DNA of 64,000 nt, taken from assembly GCA_947629375.1 (NCBI GenBank), contig CANRDN010000002.1, positions 3,425 through 67,424 on the forward strand, written 5' to 3'. Below, in pieces: positions 1-7,937 of the stretch. Source of the DNA: an uncultured Bacilli bacterium. Its GTDB lineage: Bacteria > Bacillota_I > Bacilli_A > RF39 > UBA660. Under the pieces are notes generated by a model. The model did no database searches, was not told the DNA's origin, and saw nothing but the letters and a program-made list of their open reading frames with translations. Both the position numbers and the translations under genes were made by a program. Numbering within the stretch: the stretch's first letter is position 1; every line of letters starts with the position of its first letter.

Positions 1-743
1 TAAAATCAATGGGGCAAGAATATTCCACTAAAGATTATTTAGTACAAATTCTAATCTTTTCAGGATTTGCCTTTGGTATTTCTTATATATACTTCTATAA
101 TATTGTAATTTCCATAATATATATGGTTGTAGTTGTAAGTATAATACCTTACTTAACATATTTAAGATGTAAAAGAATATTCTCAGAATTCTTATTTGAA
201 CAAATACAGGTATATACTACCAATACTATAATGGAATTCCAAACAACTCAAAACTTTGTAAAAGCTATCGAAGGTGTTTACAACTCAGGAGTTTTAGAGT
301 CACCTGTACTAGAAGATGTTAAATTTATGATAGATTTAGCTTATCGAAATGGTGATATCATCGAATCTCTTGATTTTATGAATCAAAAATATGATTACAA
401 TATGACTAGAAATATGCATCAGTTATTTTTACAGATAACAAGAGAAGGTGCAAGAGAATCTAATGAAGTTCTAGAAAATATGTTACAAGATATCGATGTT
501 TTGGTAGAAGGAGTTTATCGTGATAGAATTGATAGACAAAACTTCCATAAACAATTTATTCAATATGGACTTTTGCTTTATGCGATGGTTGCTCTTGTTC
601 AATACTTACTTGGAATGGAAAACTACCTAAAAATGCTTGAGGATCCAATAGTATTCTTTGCACTACACGCAATAGTTTTATTTAACAGTTATTTTCTTCT
701 GAATGGAGAAAAATATTATAACGAGAATGTAGGTGCTGAATAA
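1..743 (+). CDS. Tad pilus assembly membrane platform protein, TadB-like (5'-truncated by window)
   Basis: Frame is open to the window edge. Two N-terminal TM helices, a soluble T2SSF-like helical region and C-terminal TMs; the stop overlaps the start of a TadC-like gene and a pilin follows. Confidence 0.7.
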   Translation, partial: KSMGQEYSTKDYLVQILIFSGFAFGISYIYFYNIVISIIYMVVVVSIIPYLTYLRCKRIFSEFLFEQIQVYTTNTIMEFQTTQNFVKAIEGVYNSGVLESPVLEDVKFMIDLAYRNGDIIESLDFMNQKYDYNMTRNMHQLFLQITREGARESNEVLENMLQDIDVLVEGVYRDRIDRQNFHKQFIQYGLLLYAMVALVQYLLGMENYLKMLEDPIVFFALHAIVLFNSYFLLNGEKYYNENVGAE

Positions 744-1540
744 TGGTCGAGACAATTATTATATTACTTTTACTTGCTATTGGTTTGTTTTACACAGATA
801 CCGTAAGTACAAAAAAGTTTTTTAACACTGAAGATGGATATTTTCTTTCATTGAAAGAAAAAGATTATGACTTTCTTTTAAAGACAAAATATGGGGATAA
901 AGTTGAAGGAAAAACAAATTTAATATTTATGTCTAGAGTAAAAAATGCTTTCTATTCTTTTTTGATATTCTTAGCATTGATGATTGTTTCAGGAAGTTTA
1001 TCTTTCTTAAATGTAGTTCTACTTTTAGTTGTAGCATATTTCATCTTTAAGTCAGGATATACTAATTTAAAAGCATATTATAAGAAACACTTAGCTCAAA
1101 TAGACTTATTATTACCATACTACCTAAAGAACTTGGAAATTCTATGTCAGAACTATACAGTTCCAGTAGCTCTTGCAAGATCTATTGAATCTGCTCCTGA
1201 TGTATTCAAGTCAGGACTAAGAGAAATGGTTGCTAAAATAGATGCAGGTGATTCTACTATACAGCCATATATGGATTTTGCTTTACAGTATCCAGTTCGT
1301 GATTCAATGAGAATGATGAGATTACTTTACAGGTTAGGTCTTGGTGCTCAAGAAAATAAATATAAACAATTGTTAATCTTTTCAAAATCAGTTTCATCCT
1401 TACAAAATAAGGCTCGTGAAGTAAAATATAAACAGAGACTTGATATAATGGAAAAGAAGACAATGATAATGCTTGTTGTTACTGGTGGAGGTACAATGGT
1501 TATCTTATTATTGTCAATGTTGATGATGTTTGGAATATAA
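743..1540 (+). CDS. Tad pilus assembly protein, TadC-like (T2SSF domain)
   Basis: TM helices, then IDLLLPYYLKNLEIL...VPVALARS (TadC-like LP..L..L...G.....AL pattern) and a C-terminal TM; paired with the TadB-like gene. Confidence 0.7.
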   Translation: MVETIIILLLLAIGLFYTDTVSTKKFFNTEDGYFLSLKEKDYDFLLKTKYGDKVEGKTNLIFMSRVKNAFYSFLIFLALMIVSGSLSFLNVVLLLVVAYFIFKSGYTNLKAYYKKHLAQIDLLLPYYLKNLEILCQNYTVPVALARSIESAPDVFKSGLREMVAKIDAGDSTIQPYMDFALQYPVRDSMRMMRLLYRLGLGAQENKYKQLLIFSKSVSSLQNKAREVKYKQRLDIMEKKTMIMLVVTGGGTMVILLLSMLMMFGI

Positions 1541-1544
1541 AATA

Positions 1545-1573
1545 TTGATATTCGCATAAAAAATGTTTATAAT
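1545..1573 (+). promoter_or_regulatory. sigma-A type promoter for the pilin
   Basis: TTGATA (1545-1550), 17 bp spacer, TATAAT (1568-1573); RBS GAAAGGAG downstream. Confidence 0.65.
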
Positions 1574-1608
1574 AATTATATAAACTAGAAAGGAGAAATG
1601 ATTATAAT

Positions 1609-1797
1609 ATGAAAGAGGCAACAGGAGAATTAAATATGACACTTGTTACTATCATAGCAATTGCTGCAGTATTAGGCTTCGTAACATTTTTCTTACCTAA
1701 TATCTTAAATACAGTTGGAAATAAATACAACGATTCAGCAGATACAAATTGTGTTACTGGCCCAGATGGTAAAACAACATGTACAACAAACAAATAA
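1609..1797 (+). CDS. Small Flp/type IV-like major pilin candidate
   Basis: 62 aa with a short leader, one hydrophobic helix and a C-terminal Cys pair (CVTGPDGKTTC); strong RBS; directly after tadB/tadC-like genes. Confidence 0.65.
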   Translation: MKEATGELNMTLVTIIAIAAVLGFVTFFLPNILNTVGNKYNDSADTNCVTGPDGKTTCTTNK

Positions 1798-1834
1798 ACA
1801 GATAGATGATGTCATAGAAGGAGTGTGATAATAA

Positions 1835-2263
1835 ATGCGTGAGTCAATTGGTGGAACAATGTTATTCTGGATAGTATTGTTCTTTATGAGCATATTCATA
1901 GCTTTTATGGCATTTGTTATCAACTACGCAAGAGTATTTAAAATAAAGAATTCAATGATTAACTACATTGAACGAAGAGAGGGAGTAGAAAGCCAAGCAC
2001 AGTTCGAACAAGAACTTGCAACTCTTGGCTATCCAAGAACTGATAGTTATAGAGTATGCCGTCACGATTCTGATTCACCACACGGTGGATATTATTCGGT
2101 AGAACTTTACTTGACACTTGGATTTCCCATATTAAGTGGTGTTAAGCCAATTAACATAAAAATAAAAGGTGAAACACGAAATATTGAAACTGGAACGACA
2201 ATAAAAGACAAAGATACATCTTGGCAGTGCCTGACTACAGGCGATGGATGTTGTTCAAGGTAA
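1835..2263 (+). CDS. TadE/TadG-like pseudopilin candidate
   Basis: Short leader MRESIGG, then a hydrophobic helix and a small globular domain with Cys residues; Tad context. Confidence 0.55.
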   Translation: MRESIGGTMLFWIVLFFMSIFIAFMAFVINYARVFKIKNSMINYIERREGVESQAQFEQELATLGYPRTDSYRVCRHDSDSPHGGYYSVELYLTLGFPILSGVKPINIKIKGETRNIETGTTIKDKDTSWQCLTTGDGCCSR

Positions 2264-2307
2264 AAAAAGAATAAGGATAAAAGGAAATAAAAAGGTAGGT
2301 TAGTGAT

Positions 2308-3291
2308 ATGAATGTATTGATTGTTAATCAACAAGAGAATTTATTATCCTCTTTAAACATTGAAGTTATTAAAACCTTAAGAGGAACATTTGATCCTGAC
2401 GAAATTATTTCAACATTTTCTAACTTCTTTTTTGCTCGTATGATAATTGATATTACAGCATTAAACAATTGCGAAGATGTTATAACATATCAAAAATTGT
2501 CTATTGGGTTACCAATTGATAAGATAATATTACTTATACCTGCTAATTCACAGGTAGCAAATAACTTTTTCTTATCGAAACTTATATCGATGGGATACTA
2601 TAACTTCACGACTAATAGTGATGGTATAATGTATCTTTTGGAACATCCAAACACATATAAGGAAGTAGCACATTTACATCAAGCAGGAATGAGTGTTGGA
2701 GCTCCAATGGCTCCACAACCTAGTAATGGTATTAGTCCAGTTGATAATAATTTGCCGTCTGTTAGAGTTTCCGTTGGTGGAGGAGTTAGAACACTAGGAA
2801 TAAAAAATGTTACAGACAATGCAGGAGCAAGTTCATTGATTTATATGATGAAGAAAGAACTTGAAGAAACTCACAATCTTTCAGTTTTAGCTATTGAAAT
2901 TGATAAAAGAGACTTTATCTTCTTTAGAGAGGATAATATGGTTTCTACTGATAAGAACTCTTTAGCTAATGAACTGATGAGATCAAAAGATTTTGATCGA
3001 GTACTTGTTGATTTAAATGAATATGACGATACAATATGTGATGATGTTATTTATTTATTAGAACCATCAGTAATTAAGTTAAATAGATTGATGTTAAGAG
3101 ATAAGAATATCTTTTCTAAACTTAAAGGAAGAAAAGTTATAATAAATAAATCGACACTTAGTGAATCAGATGTTAGAGAATTTTCAATGGAGGCAGGTAT
3201 TAACATATTCTATGTTTTACCACCATTAAACGATAGAGAAAGATCAAGTGTAGTAAGTGATTTATTGAAATATTTAAATATGGTTCAGTAA
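2308..3291 (+). CDS. TadZ/CpaE-like protein (pseudo-receiver + degenerate MinD/ParA domain)
   Basis: N-terminal receiver-like alpha/beta region, Pro-rich linker, then a MinD-like order of motifs (GIKNVTDNAGASS degenerate P-loop, VLAIEID, VLVDL, CDDVIYL, VIINK). Confidence 0.6.
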   Translation: MNVLIVNQQENLLSSLNIEVIKTLRGTFDPDEIISTFSNFFFARMIIDITALNNCEDVITYQKLSIGLPIDKIILLIPANSQVANNFFLSKLISMGYYNFTTNSDGIMYLLEHPNTYKEVAHLHQAGMSVGAPMAPQPSNGISPVDNNLPSVRVSVGGGVRTLGIKNVTDNAGASSLIYMMKKELEETHNLSVLAIEIDKRDFIFFREDNMVSTDKNSLANELMRSKDFDRVLVDLNEYDDTICDDVIYLLEPSVIKLNRLMLRDKNIFSKLKGRKVIINKSTLSESDVREFSMEAGINIFYVLPPLNDRERSSVVSDLLKYLNMVQ

Positions 3292-3302
3292 AAATAGAAA
3301 TG

Positions 3303-3331
3303 TTGACAAAATGAAAAGGTTATAGTAATAT
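3303..3331 (+). promoter_or_regulatory. Near-consensus sigma-A promoter
   Basis: TTGACA (3303-3308), 17 bp, TAATAT (3326-3331); RBS GGAGG at 3346-3350. Confidence 0.75.
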
Positions 3332-3359
3332 AACATTATGGATTTGGAGGAGTGTTTAT

Positions 3360-3677
3360 ATGGATATTTTTCTTATAGCAGATTCTTGTGGTGGTCTAGG
3401 ACCAATCGTAACAGTTGTAAAAGGTTTATTTAATATAATTAAAATTTTTATACCTATAGCTTTATTGATTATGGGTGTTATAGATCTTTCAAAAGCTGTA
3501 CTAGCAAGTGATGATAAAGAGATTAAAGCTGCACAAGGTAAGTTCGTTAAGCGTGCAATTGCTGCAGTAGCTGTTTTCTTTGCATTTACTTTAGTAGATG
3601 CTGTTATGGGACTAGTTGGTCAAGGTGATGATTCTGGCGATACAACAAGTTGGTCTCAATGTTGGGAGTCAAGCTAA
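3360..3677 (+). CDS. VirB2/TrbC-like T4SS pilin
   Basis: 105 aa; two hydrophobic helices separated by a short charged loop (ASDDKEIKAAQGKFVKR), the topology of T4SS pilins; upstream of virB6/virB3/virB4-like genes. Confidence 0.65.
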   Translation: MDIFLIADSCGGLGPIVTVVKGLFNIIKIFIPIALLIMGVIDLSKAVLASDDKEIKAAQGKFVKRAIAAVAVFFAFTLVDAVMGLVGQGDDSGDTTSWSQCWESS

Positions 3678-3689
3678 TATAAAGTCAAT

Positions 3690-3715
3690 GAAAGGTTAAA
3701 TCCTTTCTTTTTTTT
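3690..3715 (+). terminator. Rho-independent terminator
   Basis: GAAAGG-ttaaat-CCTTTC followed by a T run. Confidence 0.7.
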
Positions 3716-3764
3716 CTTGTAATTTTTGCTTACTTTGATAAAATATAGATAGAGGTGACTAAGT

Positions 3765-4958
3765 ATGGATAAACAAATGATGAAATATGTTGGCATACTT
3801 GTTGGTTTAGTAGTGCTAGTAGTAATCGTTTTGTTATTGATGAATGGTGGCGGAGGAAATAAAAATTTGTCCTTTGATGAAATAGAAGATAAGATGGTTT
3901 CAGCTGCTAAAAAGTATGTAAAAGATAAAGGAGAAGATATTCTACCTAGTGTAAAAGGGGATTCCTTTACTCTTGATGTTGCTAATTTAGTTAATGGTGA
4001 TTATCTTGATGAACTTTCTAGTTATACAAAAGATAATGTTTCTTGTACAGGAGCTGTTGTAATTTACAATGCTGGCAATGGAAATTACGATTATGTTCCA
4101 GAACTTTCTTGTGGGTCAAACTACGAGACAAAGAAACTTTCTACGACACTAATTGGAGAAAATGGTAGCAATATAGTTGTTGAAGGCTCTGGTTTATATC
4201 AAAGACTAGATGGTAAATTTGTAACAGCTTATGAAGATTTGTATGGTAGTGGAATGGAAAATTTGGAGTATGTTTATCGTGGAGATGAAGTAAACAACTA
4301 TGTAAAGATAGATGACAACCTTTGGAGAGTAGTTGCAATTGATTCTAACCAAAATATGCTTATGATTTTAGCAAATCATTCTAAAAAAACATATGCTTGG
4401 GATGATAAATTTAACGAAGAAGTAAATAAAAGTCACGGTATAAATACTTATGAACATAACGGACTTGAAAGCAATGCATATAAAACTGTACAACAATTTT
4501 ATGATGGTGAAATCCCACTTATGGATAAAGAAGAATACAGTACAAAAACAAAATATTTAATTACTCCAATGGATTTGTGTATTGGTAAAAGAAGTCCAGA
4601 AGACAGTGATACTAGTGGAGCAATAGAATGTCAAGAAGTGTTAAATGATCAAGTTATGGGACTTTTACCTGCATATTACTTTATGAGTGCTTCTCTTGAT
4701 GAAAATTGTACATCAATAACTTCTAAGAGTTGTGGAAATTACAATTATTTAGCATCTTTCGATGATTTCTGGTGGCTTTTAACTGGAAATAGTGATGATA
4801 CATACGAAGCTTATTCAGTGTCAAAGAAATATGTTGATGTTAGTTTGTGTAAATACAAAGCTGATATAAGACCAATTATTAAAATTGGTTCTCGTGCTGT
4901 CTATAGCAAAGGTGATGGCACAAAAGATAATCCTTATACAATTAAATTTTACGGATAG
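3765..4958 (+). CDS. Membrane-anchored Cys-containing surface protein (DUF6273-like C-terminal region)
   Basis: N-terminal TM. Motifs YVYRG..NNYVKI...WRVV, WWLLT and IRPIIKI...GDGTKDNPY resemble a surface-protein family common in gut Bacilli. Confidence 0.5.
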   Translation: MDKQMMKYVGILVGLVVLVVIVLLLMNGGGGNKNLSFDEIEDKMVSAAKKYVKDKGEDILPSVKGDSFTLDVANLVNGDYLDELSSYTKDNVSCTGAVVIYNAGNGNYDYVPELSCGSNYETKKLSTTLIGENGSNIVVEGSGLYQRLDGKFVTAYEDLYGSGMENLEYVYRGDEVNNYVKIDDNLWRVVAIDSNQNMLMILANHSKKTYAWDDKFNEEVNKSHGINTYEHNGLESNAYKTVQQFYDGEIPLMDKEEYSTKTKYLITPMDLCIGKRSPEDSDTSGAIECQEVLNDQVMGLLPAYYFMSASLDENCTSITSKSCGNYNYLASFDDFWWLLTGNSDDTYEAYSVSKKYVDVSLCKYKADIRPIIKIGSRAVYSKGDGTKDNPYTIKFYG

Positions 4959-5003
4959 TAATTAATAAAAATAATAATACTTGTTTATTATTATTTTTTT
5001 TCG

Positions 5004-5012
5004 TGTTATAAT
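5004..5012 (+). promoter_or_regulatory. Extended -10 promoter
   Basis: TGtTATAAT upstream of the virB6-like gene. Confidence 0.55.
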
Positions 5013-5044
5013 TAATGTGATTATATTAAGAAATGGGTGATTTT

Positions 5045-7054
5045 ATGGCTCCTCAAGGACATTCGTGGTTTATGAATATTATAAGATCTATTTTTTGCTT
5101 TCTTGATGGACTTGTATACCGTTTAATTAGATGGATACTTTATGGTGTTTTTGATATATCGAGTATAACTACTAATTCTGATGTTTTTAGTGGGATTGCA
5201 GAAAGAGTTTATGTTGTTTTAGGAATTTTTATGGCGTTTAAACTATCTTTTTCGTTCTTTCAATATATAATTGATCCTGAATCGATGACAAAGAGTGAAA
5301 AAGGTGTTTCAAAACTTTTCTTGCGTGTATTTTTGATGCTTTTTGCTTTAATACTTTTACCAACATTACTATTTGGTCAAGGAACTTCTAAAGGAATGCT
5401 TTCAAGAGCTCAAGATGCTTTTTTACCAGTTTTACCAAAACTTATTTTGGGTACTCAAAATTCAAGTAATAGTGGTAATATTGATCAAACCCTCGATGAA
5501 ACCGCGGATGAAATAACCGTGACCACCCTGGGAGGATTCTTTACTCCGTCAAAAGAGATAGATGAAAAATGTGGAGAAGGAACATATGAAAATACTCCTC
5601 CAATTGAATCTTTGGAAGATTTTGAAAATAACATTAACTTAACTTGTGATGTTAAAGGTACAGGTGTACTTGGAATAGGAGCAACTAAATATTATAAATA
5701 TAGCTATATGCCTTTTGTATCTACGGTAGTAGGAGTTTTAATAGCTGGACTATTTCTTGCAATTACTCTTGATTTGGCAAAACGTTTATTTAAACTTATA
5801 ATTCTTGAAGTTATTGCACCAATACCAATAATGTCTTTGATTGACCCGAAAGGTTCTAAAGATGGAGCATTCGGTCATTGGGTTAAGAATTTAACTTCAA
5901 CATTCTTAGATATATTTATAAAACTTGGAATTGTATATATTGTTATTGTTTTAATTCATATGGTTGTAAGTGCTAATGCTGAAGGTGGCTTGTTTGTAGA
6001 TTATCCAACATTCAAAGAAAGTGGATTTAGGTCTGTTTATTTAACGATATTCTTAATTTTAGGTTTAATATTCTTTGCTAAAGAAGCACCTAAATTTATA
6101 AAAGATTCGCTTGGATTAAAGTCTGATAGTGGTGGATTATTCGATGATTTAAAAGATATTGGAAGAGCTGCCGGTATCGTTGGAGGTGCTGCAGTAGCAA
6201 TACCTGGAGTTATCGGTTCTGGTATTGCAAGTGGAAGAGCAAGTTATTTAGCTGATGATACAAATGGAAAAAGCCACAACCCACTTCGTGTTGCAAAGAA
6301 TATTGGTGCTGGTTTACTTGGTGCTGGTGCTGGAGCAGCAACTGCTGTTAGACAATTAGGTGGAAAGAAACCTGGTATTCAGTCGGTAATGAAAGCAATG
6401 TCTGAAAGAAATGCTAATGCTATGGCCGCTGGAGCTGCTGGTTCTACATTCTTTGGTAGAAAAGGAAGCGAAATATCGAGTGTGTTTACTGGACAAACTG
6501 CAGCTACAAGAATAGGAATGCAAATTGCTGGTAATCAACAGAAACAATCTTTGATTAAATCTATTACTGATAGAGCATCATCAGAAATGGTTAAGACTAC
6601 AAAAACTAGTGGTACTTTTGGAAGTGCTTCTAGAATTACAGGAAGATTTAACTATAAGACGGTAAATGCTCAATATGAAGCTGCTAAGAGTGCAGGTTTA
6701 TCTTCATTTAGTATTAAAGATATAAATGGAGCATCTCATACAATTTCAATGGAAGATTACGAATTATATAAAGGTAACTTATTAACAGAAAACGAAGCAT
6801 ACTATATTAAATATGCTAACTCAGGTGCTACAGTAGATGAATATGGTCACGCCCTTACTGGTGATGACGCAATCCAAGACAATGTTATTGCTGGATTTAT
6901 GCAAGATGCTGATTCTGCTGGAATTGAAGAAGCTATCTATAGGGATAGAAAGAAACTTAAAGGTAAGAACGACGAGTTAACAACTGAAATTGCTCACCAA
7001 AAACAGCGTCAATCAAGAGCACAAGCTAACGATAGATATAGTGCAAAGAAATAG
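5045..7054 (+). CDS. VirB6/TrbL-like polytopic T4SS membrane protein with long Gly/Ala-rich C-terminal extension
   Basis: Multiple TMs with the VirB6-like pattern KRLFKLIILEVIAPIPIMS...FGHWVK, followed by a GA-rich tail; upstream of virB3/virB4-like genes. Start placed at the ATG after GGGTGA. Confidence 0.7.
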   Translation: MAPQGHSWFMNIIRSIFCFLDGLVYRLIRWILYGVFDISSITTNSDVFSGIAERVYVVLGIFMAFKLSFSFFQYIIDPESMTKSEKGVSKLFLRVFLMLFALILLPTLLFGQGTSKGMLSRAQDAFLPVLPKLILGTQNSSNSGNIDQTLDETADEITVTTLGGFFTPSKEIDEKCGEGTYENTPPIESLEDFENNINLTCDVKGTGVLGIGATKYYKYSYMPFVSTVVGVLIAGLFLAITLDLAKRLFKLIILEVIAPIPIMSLIDPKGSKDGAFGHWVKNLTSTFLDIFIKLGIVYIVIVLIHMVVSANAEGGLFVDYPTFKESGFRSVYLTIFLILGLIFFAKEAPKFIKDSLGLKSDSGGLFDDLKDIGRAAGIVGGAAVAIPGVIGSGIASGRASYLADDTNGKSHNPLRVAKNIGAGLLGAGAGAATAVRQLGGKKPGIQSVMKAMSERNANAMAAGAAGSTFFGRKGSEISSVFTGQTAATRIGMQIAGNQQKQSLIKSITDRASSEMVKTTKTSGTFGSASRITGRFNYKTVNAQYEAAKSAGLSSFSIKDINGASHTISMEDYELYKGNLLTENEAYYIKYANSGATVDEYGHALTGDDAIQDNVIAGFMQDADSAGIEEAIYRDRKKLKGKNDELTTEIAHQKQRQSRAQANDRYSAKK

Positions 7055-7072
7055 AAGGGAAAGTGATAAAAA

Positions 7073-7405
7073 GTGGATGGAAATTATTTGATACCAGCAA
7101 ATGCCAATAGAGGAAAATTATATTTTGGATATTTCCGTGGAATAGACTTAGCTATTTTCTCAATTGGAGTTTTAATTACACTTATAATGCTATTTGTTTT
7201 TCAAAATGAGATGCAAAACACTTGGCTAGCTGTTTCAACATTAATTCCCGCAGGTATTGCAGGACTTCTAGTGTGCCCAATACCTTATCAACACAACATA
7301 TTAGTGTTACTTCAAGAAATTTATAGATACTATTTTGTAAATAGACAAACTTATATTTGGAAAGGTTGGTGTGGTAGTTATGGCGACGAAATCAGGAAGA
7401 AGTAA
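7073..7405 (+). CDS. VirB3/PrgI-like small membrane protein
   Basis: 110 aa; YLIPAN N-terminus, two TMs and a short cytoplasmic tail; immediately before the VirB4 genes. Confidence 0.6.
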   Translation: MDGNYLIPANANRGKLYFGYFRGIDLAIFSIGVLITLIMLFVFQNEMQNTWLAVSTLIPAGIAGLLVCPIPYQHNILVLLQEIYRYYFVNRQTYIWKGWCGSYGDEIRKK

Positions 7406-7937
7406 ATATACAGAAGATTGGGTTCCAGTAAGGGGAATAAGCAGTGGAACAATAATTTTAAACAATCAAGATAAAGTATCTGGAGTTAAAATTGCTCCAA
7501 GAAATATCTTTATCTTGGATTATGAATCTCAACAATCAGTTTTAATGAATTTAAGAAATATGTACAATCAATTAGATTTTGAATTTTGGCTAGTTGTTGC
7601 TGATCGACCTGTTGATATTTCTGTATATATGTCACAGCTTCAATTGTTGTACAATCAAGAACAATCTCCTGCTATTAGAAAACTTATTGCTGAAGATATT
7701 AACAAAGGAAATTCATTTATTAACAATAATGTTGTTGATACGGAATACTACATATTGTTTAAAGAAAGAGATCCTGATAAATTACAAAAGAAAATTCGTA
7801 CTCTTGTAAATTCTTTAGCAACAGCAGGACTTTCTGCACAACAGACATCAAATGAAGACTTAAGAGTTATACTTGATAACTTCTTAAATGGTGGAAAAGC
7901 AACTAAATTTGGAACGGTGGTGGCTCAAAGTGAGTAG
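7380..7937 (+). CDS. Stand-alone VirB4 N-terminal-like domain protein (TraC/TrsD-like)
   Basis: Pattern TEDWVPVRGI..GTIIL....VSGVKIAPRNIFILD...Q.......NQLDFEFW....RPVDI, typical of the protein preceding VirB4 in monoderm T4SS; overlaps both neighbours. Confidence 0.6.
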   Translation: MATKSGRSKYTEDWVPVRGISSGTIILNNQDKVSGVKIAPRNIFILDYESQQSVLMNLRNMYNQLDFEFWLVVADRPVDISVYMSQLQLLYNQEQSPAIRKLIAEDINKGNSFINNNVVDTEYYILFKERDPDKLQKKIRTLVNSLATAGLSAQQTSNEDLRVILDNFLNGGKATKFGTVVAQSE

